Assembly: GCA_049472395.1 (NCBI GenBank)
Contig: JBLIRR010000037.1
Coordinates: 20-64,019 of the forward strand
DNA from: a bacterium
Lineage (GTDB): Bacteria; SZUA-182; DTGQ01; JBLIRR01
Reading direction: 5' to 3'
Length of the DNA stretch: 64,000 nt
Part shown: one piece after another, positions 9,295 to 19,553 of the stretch
Layout of the letters: each line of letters starts with the position of its first letter
How positions within the stretch are numbered: position 1 is the first letter of the stretch
The notes under the pieces: model-generated
Told to the model about the DNA's origin: nothing
Databases searched by the model: none
Seen by the model: only the letters and a program-made list of their open reading frames with translations
Program-made: the position numbers and the translations under genes

Positions 9295-10747
9295 ACACGC
9301 AACCTGTGCTCTTATTTTCATATGGCTCCTCTGTATTGCCACGAGGGGCGACGCCATAGGTCCTGATCCTAACTCAAATGATCCCCTTTCATTTACAACC
9401 GGCTATAAGCTCTTTGAGAAAAAGAAGTTTGAGAAGGCGTGCCCTCACTTTTTCCGCTATATGAGTGTCAATTCCCCTGATATTGTAGATTATGAATGGG
9501 CGGAGTTTTTTTTCGGGATTTGCTTGAAAAAATGCGGCTATTCACATGCTGCTGTGGATATTCTCGCGCATCTGGTAACCCGAAAGCCCAATACAAAAAT
9601 CGTCTCATACTGCCTTGAGCTTTTTGAAGAAATCACCCGCACCCAGCCCTTTGATAATGAGCTTATTATTCATAGTGTGCTCTGTGACCAGGAATATGGA
9701 TTTGTGAATGAAGAGATTGGAGACTTTATCAACTTTTACCAGGGGGTCTATGACTGGAAACATGGCTTTTTCGAATGGGGAAATGAGCATTTTAAGAATA
9801 TTACCCCGGAGGGCTATTACTTTTATAAATATCTCTATCATAAAGCTCTCTACCGGGTATATCAGGATCACATTGATGATGCGATTGCCCTTCTAACCAA
9901 GATTTTAGAGGGCCCTTCTGAGGAAAAAGCGTTAAAAGACGATGCACGAAAAACATTGGCGCGCCTCTTGTATGAAAAGAAAGAGTATGATAACTCTGCC
10001 CTGAACTACCAGAAAATTACCAAATCTATTCTAGACCAGGCACAAAATCTTCTCGAGCGGGCGTGGGTCCAGTACCGTTTGGGATACTCAGAGAAGGCTA
10101 TGGGCTTGCTCTATGCCTTTGAGGCGCCGAGTTTTCAAAATTATTTTACACCTGAATATTTTATCTTAAAATCGCTTATCTATAAAGATGTATGTCACTA
10201 CAAACGGGCTTTGGATGTGGTCAAGGAATTTAACAAATATTATGGCGACTCGCTTGAGTCTATCTATAACCGCGGAAAAGCCGTTGACAATCCGGCCCTT
10301 TTATTGGTCCTTCTCAGTAAAAATCAGATCAATAAGACATGGAAATTGCTCCGTCTCGTTGAAAAGGAAAAGGAGAAATGCGCAGAATTCAAGAAAAAGG
10401 AGAAAGCTCTTTACGATTATCTTCTGAAAATATATGATCTGCAGATTGAAGAGAGCGCCGATTCTCTGAAAGAGCAGATAGAAAAAGAATTTGAAAAGAT
10501 TGCCAATACACTTTTGCAGTATGAAGAAGAGGCGCACCTCATGGAATATGAGATTGGAATTGATATGTATCAAAGGGTCTATCAATATCATTACTCTGAG
10601 GATAACACAAAAAAGAAAAAAGCAGGAGAGAAAATCGCGGTGTATCCCTTCCAGGGAGAATTCTGGAACAATGAATTGGCAGACTATAAGGTTACACTCC
10701 CGAATAAATGTGAATGTATCGAAGAATGGGACATATTTTTTCAATGA
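9278..10747 (+). CDS. Secreted TPR-like helical-repeat protein (GltE/AglT-like size and position)
   Basis: Signal peptide. About 480 aa of helical repeats with TPR-like Y/A/L spacing. Charged coiled C-terminus. Confidence 0.6.
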   Translation: MKMRIKHATCALIFIWLLCIATRGDAIGPDPNSNDPLSFTTGYKLFEKKKFEKACPHFFRYMSVNSPDIVDYEWAEFFFGICLKKCGYSHAAVDILAHLVTRKPNTKIVSYCLELFEEITRTQPFDNELIIHSVLCDQEYGFVNEEIGDFINFYQGVYDWKHGFFEWGNEHFKNITPEGYYFYKYLYHKALYRVYQDHIDDAIALLTKILEGPSEEKALKDDARKTLARLLYEKKEYDNSALNYQKITKSILDQAQNLLERAWVQYRLGYSEKAMGLLYAFEAPSFQNYFTPEYFILKSLIYKDVCHYKRALDVVKEFNKYYGDSLESIYNRGKAVDNPALLLVLLSKNQINKTWKLLRLVEKEKEKCAEFKKKEKALYDYLLKIYDLQIEESADSLKEQIEKEFEKIANTLLQYEEEAHLMEYEIGIDMYQRVYQYHYSEDNTKKKKAGEKIAVYPFQGEFWNNELADYKVTLPNKCECIEEWDIFFQ

Positions 10748-10766
10748 TCTTAAGAAACAATGTGAT

Positions 10767-13700
10767 ATGAGAAATACTATGAGAGGAAAAAAATTCTTAC
10801 TTTTACTATGTGCGTTTCTTATTCTCTCTCTGCCGATATCTTCCTCTGGTGCAAAAAAGGGACAGAGTTTCAAGGTATATCAATATGAAAAAAAGGACAA
10901 GGAAGAGGAGCAGAAGAAATTTATTGCCAAGCTCACAGAGGATAAGCAGAAGATAGAGATGGCCATTAAGAACACCAAGGCCCTGATTGATAAATCACGT
11001 GACAGGCCCTATCTGCCGGAGATTTATATTCGTCTTGCAGAGCTGTATATTGAAAAATCGCGTATTGTGTATTTTCTGCGTAAAACCCAATCGCCCAGTA
11101 CAGTAAACGCATTGAACTTTCTCGAATCTAACTCCTTGAAAAACCAGGCAATAGAAATCTATCAGCGCATATTAAACGATTTCCCGAAATTTGAGGAACG
11201 GGATAAGATCCATTTCTATTTGGCGCATGAATATAGAGAGCTTGCTGAGATTGATAAAATGGTTGAGCAATACAGGATAATTATTAAACAATATACACAC
11301 AGCTCCTATGTACCGGAGTCGTTCTTACTTTTAGGAGATTATTTCTTTGATAAGCAGGACCTTGAGATGGCAACTAAACATTACGAGGCTGTGCTTAAAT
11401 ATCCTGAAAGCTCTGCAATTGCTATTGCCCGTTATAAACTGGCATGGTGTCATATAAATGAGGCAGACTTTAAGAAGGCCCTTACGCTTTTCGAAGAATC
11501 GGTTCTCAGCGCACAGCCGGGTAAAGAACTGGATGTTGACACATATAAGAGAGTTGATATCCGGCTTGAATCACTTATCGACATGGCATACTGTTACTGT
11601 GAGGTTTATAAGGATGCAAAACCTGAGCAGGCAATAGCCTATTTTCAAAAATTTGCATGGTCAAGGCCGGTATACACCACTGTGCTTGAAAAACTCGCCT
11701 ATCGCTATCTGCTCAAAAAAAAGTGGAAAAAGGCTGCGGCAATCTATCGCCAGTTATCGATACTGCAGCATGATGTAGAGAAATTGTTGGAATATGCCCG
11801 CAAAATCTTTGAATGCGTCCAGTCTTTAGAAAGCTTTGAGGATGCGGACCAGGACATGGCAATCATTATCAAGGCGCTTCGCAAACAGAAATATTCCATA
11901 CATATACCTGAAGAAGAGAAAAAGAAAAACCTCAAAGACTATGAAATGTATGCGCGGGATATCGTCACGCACCTTCATCATAAGGCACGACATGCAAAAT
12001 CAAAAGAAGTCTTTAAGCGGGCTGCGGACTCTTATAAATTATATCTGGATTTTTTTAAGACGAGCCCGGTATACAAGGATATGGAAGCAAACTATGCTGA
12101 AGCGCTTTTCTCCGCACAAGAATATATGGAGGCGGGTAAACAATATGAAAAACTGGCTCTGAGAGAAAACGCACACAGTAAAAAGAAAAGGGAAGATCTC
12201 TATAGCGCTGTCCTTTCCTATTATGCTGCGCTTAAAAACAAAGAAAACCTCAATTACTATCAGATTGCTTACACACGAGCAGGCCTTCGGACAACGGGGA
12301 AAACTTATGCTGTAGAGTTTCCCAAGTCAAAGCAGGTGCCCAATGTCCTTTTTAATGTGGCATGGATCGCCTATGATGCGGGCAAGTATGATGATGCAAT
12401 TGCTGAATTCTCCCAGTTTGTCGATCGCTATCCCAGGGGCAAAGAAGCAAAGGCTGCAATTCATCTCATCCTTGACGCATTTCATCTTAAAGAAGATTAT
12501 GAGGGCCTCGTCACTTACGGACAAAAAATCCTCAGGAATAATAAAATTACTGATAAAAAAATAAGGGCCGAAGTAGCAGAAATCGTGAAGTCAGCTGAAT
12601 CAAAAGTGATATGCAATCTCACCTTGAATGCGGTAAATGACTGGGAAAGGGGCAAAGACAATATTATGGATTTTGTCGAACAGCATGCATCCTCCTCTAT
12701 GGGAGAGCAGGCCCTTGTTGCGCTTATTCTCCCGAGCAAGGAGAAGGGGGATTTAGAGACCATGATTTCCGCAGGCACTACCTTAATCAAAAATTTCCCC
12801 TCCTCCCCGAAAATCGAAGACACATTGAATATCATTATCGACTCTTCCCTTAAAAGCTCTCAATTCAGGCTCCTCGCACAATATCTTGAAGTTTTCGGGC
12901 GTAAGCTGAGAAAACATAAGAACGCGGTAAGCTTTCTTTATCAGGCTGCCCAGATCAGGGAAAATCTTGGCCAGTATGATCTTTCAAATAAAGATTATAA
13001 GCTGATTCTCACACGCGTTAAAAAAGGAAGCCCTCTGCATGGTGAGATCATACTTGCCATGGCGCATAATGCAGAGCACATGTCGAATAATAATCTCGCA
13101 CGTGGCATTTTAATCAACAACAGAGGCTATCTTTCATCCACAGGGAAAATAAAGGCAGCTGCCAAAATTGCGGATTACTATTTTCAAGATAATCGATATA
13201 AACAGGCCGAACGATTCAGAAAAATAGCCAATGGAGGGTATACACCCTCTATGGCAAAAAAGGATAGTGAGATTAATTCTGCAATGGCTCAAATGGAGTA
13301 TAGTGCTCTTCAAAGATCAAATAGGAGATATATGAAGCTTCAATTAAAGGATCATATAGATAATCAAATCGTCACTGCCAAGGCGAAGCTTTTAGAGCAC
13401 CTGGAAAATGGATATCATACAGTGATTAAATACCAGGTGCCTGAATGGGCGCTTAATGCCTGCTACCGCCTCTATGAAGTAAACAAGGAATTTGCCCGTT
13501 TTCTGAAAGAGAGCCCACTTCCACAATTGCCCCCTGAGCAGGAAAAGCAGTATGTGGAGCTTATCAATCAAAAGGCTCAGGGCTATAACGATCAAGCAGA
13601 GCAATATTTAAAGACGAGCGTTGAGCAAGCGCGAAAATGGGAAGTATGCGATCCTAAGCTTTCGCAGTATGTCATAAATCCATCAGAAGGCTCCCGCGCA

Positions 13701-14189
13701 ACTCCTTTTTCAAGAAATAATGCATCAATTAAGATCGGAATCCAATTCCTCAAAGATGATGTGTTAAAAAGGATGCACTATAAGCTGCTGCAAGGCTCTG
13801 ATAATATGAATTTGTTAAGTGATCTTGCAAAGGCATATATAGAAAGAAGAGATTTCAGGCAGACCATCCTTATCGCTCAAAAAGCATTGGAAGAGATAAA
13901 AGCCAAAAAAGACCCTTTAAAGGCAACAGTCTATAATTCATTGGGAGTAGCGTATCTTTATAAGGCTGATGATACCATGGCCAAGGATGCCTTTAAAAAG
14001 GCCCTTGATATCGACTCAAAAAATATCGGGGCACGGATTAATCTTGCAAGTCTTTATCAACATTATGGTCATAGAGATAAAGCGAAAAGTCTTTATAAAA
14101 CCCTTCCAAACAGTGGAGTGGTGGAGGAATCAGAAGAGATGATTCATCCCCACGCACGGGAGTTATATTATGCCTATATCAATGATTAA
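10767..14189 (+). CDS. Large secreted TPR-repeat protein (about 1140 aa; GltD/AgmU-like)
   Basis: The ORF track's start at 10491 overlaps the upstream gene. The in-frame ATG at 10767 (or 10779) gives a signal peptide MRGKKFLLLLCAFLILSLPISSSGA. Numerous TPR units follow (e.g. ...AIARYKLAWCHINEADFKKALTLFEES..., ...ATVYNSLGVAYLYKADDTMAKDAFKKALDIDSKN...). Confidence 0.7.
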   Translation: MRNTMRGKKFLLLLCAFLILSLPISSSGAKKGQSFKVYQYEKKDKEEEQKKFIAKLTEDKQKIEMAIKNTKALIDKSRDRPYLPEIYIRLAELYIEKSRIVYFLRKTQSPSTVNALNFLESNSLKNQAIEIYQRILNDFPKFEERDKIHFYLAHEYRELAEIDKMVEQYRIIIKQYTHSSYVPESFLLLGDYFFDKQDLEMATKHYEAVLKYPESSAIAIARYKLAWCHINEADFKKALTLFEESVLSAQPGKELDVDTYKRVDIRLESLIDMAYCYCEVYKDAKPEQAIAYFQKFAWSRPVYTTVLEKLAYRYLLKKKWKKAAAIYRQLSILQHDVEKLLEYARKIFECVQSLESFEDADQDMAIIIKALRKQKYSIHIPEEEKKKNLKDYEMYARDIVTHLHHKARHAKSKEVFKRAADSYKLYLDFFKTSPVYKDMEANYAEALFSAQEYMEAGKQYEKLALRENAHSKKKREDLYSAVLSYYAALKNKENLNYYQIAYTRAGLRTTGKTYAVEFPKSKQVPNVLFNVAWIAYDAGKYDDAIAEFSQFVDRYPRGKEAKAAIHLILDAFHLKEDYEGLVTYGQKILRNNKITDKKIRAEVAEIVKSAESKVICNLTLNAVNDWERGKDNIMDFVEQHASSSMGEQALVALILPSKEKGDLETMISAGTTLIKNFPSSPKIEDTLNIIIDSSLKSSQFRLLAQYLEVFGRKLRKHKNAVSFLYQAAQIRENLGQYDLSNKDYKLILTRVKKGSPLHGEIILAMAHNAEHMSNNNLARGILINNRGYLSSTGKIKAAAKIADYYFQDNRYKQAERFRKIANGGYTPSMAKKDSEINSAMAQMEYSALQRSNRRYMKLQLKDHIDNQIVTAKAKLLEHLENGYHTVIKYQVPEWALNACYRLYEVNKEFARFLKESPLPQLPPEQEKQYVELINQKAQGYNDQAEQYLKTSVEQARKWEVCDPKLSQYVINPSEGSRATPFSRNNASIKIGIQFLKDDVLKRMHYKLLQGSDNMNLLSDLAKAYIERRDFRQTILIAQKALEEIKAKKDPLKATVYNSLGVAYLYKADDTMAKDAFKKALDIDSKNIGARINLASLYQHYGHRDKAKSLYKTLPNSGVVEESEEMIHPHARELYYAYIND

Positions 14190-15546
14190 AAAAAACAGCA
14201 GAATTTTTATCTGTCTCTTTGCCATGATCATTTCTCTGCACCTCCTTTGTGGCTGTGGGGGAGAAACTGGGGATACAGGTGACACAAGCACCCAGGGAGA
14301 CACGTCCTCTGAAGGCTGGCAACGCTGTATAGTAAAAGATATTGATGCAGGAGGTATGCTCGCCCCTCATATTCATGCGGCAGCAGATAGCAATGACCGC
14401 GTTCATGTTGTCTATTTTTGCGATACCGATGAAAGCGATGATGAGAGCAATCCCTATACAGTTCATTATCTTCTTTTCGATATAGCGGCCGCACGCTCCG
14501 GAGCAGAGGACGCGAACACAGTGCTTGCAGAGGAGACCATTATCGATATAGATAATTGCAGGGATCTTTCATTTGTCCTTGATAGCACCAATACTCCGCT
14601 TGTGGCCTATCGGGGAGGTGAGCTGCGAGAGTGCGGTTCACCGCAGCAATCAGATGCCATGTTCAGTCTCAAGGAAAATACGAGCTGGACAGAATATACC
14701 GGCGCAATAGGCGATGTTGAGAGAAATCCGGTATTTACCGATGGGCTTGCGGGCGCTGATACCTCGGTTGCCTTTGACTCTACCGGTGATATTCATCTGT
14801 GCTATCAATTCTTCTATGAAGGGTGTGATTCAATGAACTATAACTACCCAGACCTGTGTTATGTGAAAAAGGAGCGTTCATCCCTCACCACCAGTGCAAC
14901 CGAGGAGACAGTCGAGGGGAATGTGTATAATGAAGCAGGCACTGTTGCCCTAGAGCAAAATTCCATGGGTAAATATTGTGCGATCACAACAGATGCAGAG
15001 GATAGTCCTGTTATCTTTTATTATGCCGAGTTTACAGAGTCAAACAGGGGGCTCCGTGTTGCGCGGCGAGGAAACAACGGGCAGTGGGAGAGTGAATGGC
15101 TTGAAGATAACTGCGAAATAGGCGCCATAAGTGCGGCACATTCTGATGCGAGCGATGATTTCGCCGTTGCTTACTATGTAAAAGAATATACTGACGGCAG
15201 CGATTTTGTGCACTGTTTAAAGTATGCCCGGGGCAATTTCTCCTCCTGGCAGACAACCCTGGTTGATGAAAGCTCCTGGTGTGGCAACTATTGCAGCCTT
15301 GCCTTTGATTCATCAGGCAATCCCGCCATTGCGTATTATGAGTATAAGACGCACAGCGGCTATGATCGTCTGAACCTTAAACTTGCCCGCTATGACGGGA
15401 CTTCCTGGAGCAAAGAAACAGTTGCTGAAAGCGGTGACATCGGCCTTTACAATACGCTCTGGTTCGATACAAATGATAGAGCGCTGATCTGTACCTATTC
15501 GAATACAACCACGACGATATATATCTATTATGAATATTATGAATAA
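14170..15546 (+). CDS. Lipoprotein with repeated beta-blade-like modules
   Basis: Lipobox LLCGCGG after the signal peptide. Recurrent beta-strand motifs (VHVVYFCDTD, PVIFYYAEFTE, FAVAYYVKEYTDG, PAIAYYEYKTH). GGGAG RBS. Confidence 0.6.
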   Translation: MPISMIKKNSRIFICLFAMIISLHLLCGCGGETGDTGDTSTQGDTSSEGWQRCIVKDIDAGGMLAPHIHAAADSNDRVHVVYFCDTDESDDESNPYTVHYLLFDIAAARSGAEDANTVLAEETIIDIDNCRDLSFVLDSTNTPLVAYRGGELRECGSPQQSDAMFSLKENTSWTEYTGAIGDVERNPVFTDGLAGADTSVAFDSTGDIHLCYQFFYEGCDSMNYNYPDLCYVKKERSSLTTSATEETVEGNVYNEAGTVALEQNSMGKYCAITTDAEDSPVIFYYAEFTESNRGLRVARRGNNGQWESEWLEDNCEIGAISAAHSDASDDFAVAYYVKEYTDGSDFVHCLKYARGNFSSWQTTLVDESSWCGNYCSLAFDSSGNPAIAYYEYKTHSGYDRLNLKLARYDGTSWSKETVAESGDIGLYNTLWFDTNDRALICTYSNTTTTIYIYYEYYE

Positions 15547-15622
15547 TTTTTCTCGCAAAGAGTAATCTTTACATTACAATCATTGGATTGGAGGATGCGG
15601 TACCATGAGGGGTTCTCACAAT

Positions 15623-15662
15623 TCACTATTAAGCTCTTTCATTTTCATATGCGTGTCTATGA
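15623..15662. repeat. About 40-bp intergenic repeat, copy 1 (CACTATTAAGCTCTTTCATTTTCATATGCGTGTCTATGAA)
   Basis: Near-identical copy at 29468..29507 (CACTATTAAGCTCTCTCATTTTCATATGCGTATCTATGAA). Both copies lie in non-coding DNA. Confidence 0.6.
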
Positions 15663-16296
15663 ACGATAAGGATTTGGAAAAAGAACGTTCCATACTGCGC
15701 AAACTACAGTGGTATGATTAATAGGTATAGGATATAATCAAGGGGAGGATGTCCTGTCTTTCTTATTTAACTGATAGAAATTGCTTTTCTGAGCCTGAGA
15801 GGAATCCCATTGTTATCTTTTTGCACACTGGTTTGTAAGTGTATTTGTGGGTGCTCTCGGCTCCCATCGTTTAATTTCGCACTTATCGGCGCTCTTTTTG
15901 TTGAAAAGATGCGGGTGCGGCGCTGCAGTATTTCACAAAGGAAGATGACGGGATAAGGATTTTTGGCAGCACGTCATAGAATTTATAGGCCTTCGATTTT
16001 GGTTTTTTGGGTGGACTCAACTAATGAGAACAAAGCCCAACATCCCTGAGGTTTTCCTTATGCCTTCCCTTTATCTTTGTCCAACAGTACTTTTCAAGGA
16101 TATAAAATCTTCGTAAAACATAGCTGAAATCCATTTTTATATCTCACCAATGAATACCTGGCTCTCATATCAAAAACACTGGAATGAATCTTGTATCAAA
16201 TAATAAAAAATGGCAAGGATTGTATTCCAGAAGAGAAATGCCATTTAACTTTAAAATTAAAGTATCAAAGTATTAAAAGCAGGAATTTGCTTATTT

Positions 16297-19263
16297 ATGA
16301 ACCAGACAAATAAAAGGGCAAGACAAATGGGATGGAAGCTTATTAATAAAGGATCTAAGGAAGGCAATAGAATGGGATTCGGAGGAGGAGGAGTCTATAC
16401 CCCGCTCTTTTTATGGACAAAAAGGCTCTTAGGTGTATGCTTTTTCATTTTATCATTGCTTTTAAATCCAGTCCTAAGTGATTGTATGAAGACAAAGTTG
16501 CGGCATATAAACGAAAGAGTGAAATACTTACATCAGGATAATTATAATACTGATATTATTAAATCTAAGGCTGCCATGAATATTGATCCAAATGATTATC
16601 TCGCCCGACTTAAACTGGGAGAGATGTATTTTCAATGTGATCAACTGGATAATGCTGACAGGGAATTGCGGGAGGTCATTGAGAAAAATCCTGGAACCGC
16701 TTATGCGCATTTTTTGTTAGCATCTATTCATTTAGAAAGAAAGGAATATAAGGAGGCCCTGGCAGAGGCGAAACTTTCCCTTGAATTGGTTAAAGATGCC
16801 CACCAGGAGAGAACCGTAAAGCCTAAAAAGGCACAGGTGCAAAATCTTTTAGGTCTGATCCATATGGAGATGGAAGAACTCAATCTAGCGCGATTACATT
16901 TTGATAGTGCCATAGAGTTAGAACCAAACAATGTTCATTTTTTGATCAATCAGGGATTTCTGTTCATGGAAATGAGAAATTATAAGGATGCAAAAGGGAA
17001 ATTTGAAACGGCCCGAGATCAGGCACCGGAAGAGGCCAAGCCCTATTTGGCATTGGGGTGGTATTACTATTTTCTAAATGCATACGAGGAGGCAGAAATC
17101 CATTACCGCAAAGCGCTTGCGAAAGACCCGGATTCGCCTCAGGCTATGATCGCTTTGGGAGAAATCATGAATTGTCAGGGGCGGTTTGACAAAGCAATAG
17201 CGCAAGGAGAGATGATTATTAAAAGATTCCCTCATGATCCGTTTGGGTATCAAATAAGAGGAGGGGCATATTTAGCAGAAAATCACTATAACGAAGCAAT
17301 TTTAGACCTCTCGGAAGCTGTAAAGCTGGCTCCTGAAGCTGTGAATTCCCGTTATCTTTTAGCATTAGCTTACCACAAGATTGAGCAAAGGAATCGGAGC
17401 ATGAGATTGCTTGAGGAGGTTGTGACTCTTAATCCTGAACACAGCGCAGCGCATAAATTGCTGGCAGAATTGAATCTTGAGCTTAAGAAATACGAGACGG
17501 CTATAAAGAATGCACACAAGGCCCTTAATTTAACCCCTAATAGTCCTTATGCGCATAATATTTTGGGTCTTATTTATATGGGCAAAGGTGAGCCGGATAG
17601 AGGGATGGATGAGCTTCAAAAGGCGCTGGCGCTTGATCCTAATTTTGGCATGACCTATCAAAATCTGGCCTCTTTTCATACAATGACGGAGCGGAAGGAT
17701 TATGCCATCAAGGCATATCAATCTGTTATAGAGATAGATCCGAACAAGCTGGATTTTTATGTGCCATTAGTCTTAACCTATCTGGAGAAGAATGAATCTG
17801 AGAAAGCACGTCAGATTTGTGTGAAGGCTCTCGAATCCGGAGGCAGACAGGAGGTATTTTATAATCTCTTGGGATTGGTTTATATGAAACAGGGCACATT
17901 GGATAAAGCGAGGGAAAACCTGAAGAAGGCATTTTGCGTCAACTCTGCATTTCTCACTGCACAATTTAATCTTGCGAAACTGGACCTCATGGAGAATAAG
18001 CCTGAGGAGTCCATTAAGAGGTTGAAGAGCATTTTAGAACAGGATTCTGATAATATTAACGCGTATATCGGGTTATTAGCAATTTATTCGGAAATCGGTG
18101 CCCAAGAAGAAGAAATAAAGAACCTGCGGGCCATTCTTGAGATCGATCCGAAACACTCCTTTGCCTTTTCTCAATTGTCAAAGATTTATAGTAATAACAA
18201 AGATTTCTATTTGCTGATAAAATTGGCCAAAAGTTACATTTCCGTTGTGCCTGATTCAAGATTGGCACATACTATTTTAGGGAATGCTTATCTCGGAACC
18301 AAGAAATATGCACTTGCCATTTCTGAATTTGAAACATTGGTTAAGATAGATCCAGGGGATCTTTCTATACAAAGAGCTTTGATCTATACATACACTCTTA
18401 GCAAGGAATATGATAAGGCACACGCACTGGTGGATAATATTCTCTCTCAAGCCCCGGATAAAGCATCCGCGTTCCTAAACCACATGGCTGAGTATTTTTT
18501 AAATGATGGGTATGTCAATGAGGCTATCAATTATTATAACTGGGCTTTGAGGAAAACTCCGGGCAATGTAGAGACATATTTGGGGCTTTCATCAGCTTAC
18601 TGGATTTTAGGTCAGCCTGAAGAAGTGATTAATATATTAAAGAAAGGGATTGAAAGAATGCCTAAGTCTTTGGATTTGAGGATGTCCTTGGCCAGTATCT
18701 ATTTTGATTTAAATCAACCTGATTATGCCATAGTTCAATATCAATATGCGCTTGACAAAATAGACCCTGATAACAGTGTTGTTCATCTTTATCTGGCCAG
18801 CAGTTACATGCTAAAAAAGGATGATGAAAAGACAGAGTATTATTATAAAAGAGCTATTCAGCTCGATCCAAATAATTTTAGGGCATGTAATGACCTGGCC
18901 TGGTTTTATGCCGATAAAGGCAAAGATTTGGATAATTCGCTCATACTTGCGCAGAAAGCAGGCAGATTATCTCCCAATAATCCAGATATTATAGATACAA
19001 TTGGCTGGATATATTTTAAGATGGAAGAATATGATCAGGCTGTAAACAGATTTAAGCAAGCTAAAGCGCTAAAAGAAAATAGTCCTTCCATAAGATATCA
19101 TCTGGCATTGGTATTAAGTCAGATTGGGGAGAACGAAGAGGCCATGAATGAGTTAAATTGGGCGTTATCCATTAACCAGGATTTTTCTGAGAGGGAAGAT
19201 GCCCGGAATTTACTTAAAAAATTAAAAAAGCAAAACAAGAGCATTCAAAGTCTGAAATACTAA
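16297..19263 (+). CDS. Membrane-anchored giant TPR-repeat protein (988 aa)
   Basis: One N-terminal TM helix LLGVCFFILSLLLNPVL, then more than 20 canonical 34-aa TPR units (W/LG/Y/A/F/A/P pattern throughout). The start could also be a downstream ATG (MGWKL... or MGFGG...). Confidence 0.7.
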   Translation: MNQTNKRARQMGWKLINKGSKEGNRMGFGGGGVYTPLFLWTKRLLGVCFFILSLLLNPVLSDCMKTKLRHINERVKYLHQDNYNTDIIKSKAAMNIDPNDYLARLKLGEMYFQCDQLDNADRELREVIEKNPGTAYAHFLLASIHLERKEYKEALAEAKLSLELVKDAHQERTVKPKKAQVQNLLGLIHMEMEELNLARLHFDSAIELEPNNVHFLINQGFLFMEMRNYKDAKGKFETARDQAPEEAKPYLALGWYYYFLNAYEEAEIHYRKALAKDPDSPQAMIALGEIMNCQGRFDKAIAQGEMIIKRFPHDPFGYQIRGGAYLAENHYNEAILDLSEAVKLAPEAVNSRYLLALAYHKIEQRNRSMRLLEEVVTLNPEHSAAHKLLAELNLELKKYETAIKNAHKALNLTPNSPYAHNILGLIYMGKGEPDRGMDELQKALALDPNFGMTYQNLASFHTMTERKDYAIKAYQSVIEIDPNKLDFYVPLVLTYLEKNESEKARQICVKALESGGRQEVFYNLLGLVYMKQGTLDKARENLKKAFCVNSAFLTAQFNLAKLDLMENKPEESIKRLKSILEQDSDNINAYIGLLAIYSEIGAQEEEIKNLRAILEIDPKHSFAFSQLSKIYSNNKDFYLLIKLAKSYISVVPDSRLAHTILGNAYLGTKKYALAISEFETLVKIDPGDLSIQRALIYTYTLSKEYDKAHALVDNILSQAPDKASAFLNHMAEYFLNDGYVNEAINYYNWALRKTPGNVETYLGLSSAYWILGQPEEVINILKKGIERMPKSLDLRMSLASIYFDLNQPDYAIVQYQYALDKIDPDNSVVHLYLASSYMLKKDDEKTEYYYKRAIQLDPNNFRACNDLAWFYADKGKDLDNSLILAQKAGRLSPNNPDIIDTIGWIYFKMEEYDQAVNRFKQAKALKENSPSIRYHLALVLSQIGENEEAMNELNWALSINQDFSEREDARNLLKKLKKQNKSIQSLKY

Positions 19264-19292
19264 ATTTTCCATCATTCGGCCATAATTTTCAG

Positions 19293-19553
19293 TTGTTGAA
19301 ACTGCTGAAGATAATGCCTTATCAAAAGTACAAATTTTCTTCGATCGATTCATATCGAGCGATGATTTTACACCATATGAATAACAAGACGTTATCGAAA
19401 GTAAAAAGGTGTAATTTATCCTGTGAAGCCATCGGCGCGAGGACATGCGCTGTAGATGCCTATGATCAAGAGGTGATCGACCATCTCTTAGGTATCGACG
19501 GAAAGGATGAGTTCACCATTTATCTTGCCCCTGGGGGAAAGGTGGCGACATAG
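19293..19553 (+). pseudogene. Remnant resembling the C-terminus of a nitroreductase-family gene
   Basis: The 86-aa ORF ends ...LSCEAIGARTCAVDAYDQEVIDHLLGIDGKDEFTIYLAPGGKV, which resembles a nitroreductase C-terminus. There is no room for the N-terminal two-thirds of a full gene. Confidence 0.3.

Noticed and set aside
10491-10766. N-terminal extension of the large TPR ORF from 10491
   Set aside because: It overlaps the upstream gene by 256 nt. The in-frame ATG at 10767 gives a proper signal peptide.
16528-18268. Minus-strand ORFs inside the 988-aa TPR gene
   Set aside because: They are antisense to a strongly periodic TPR coding sequence.
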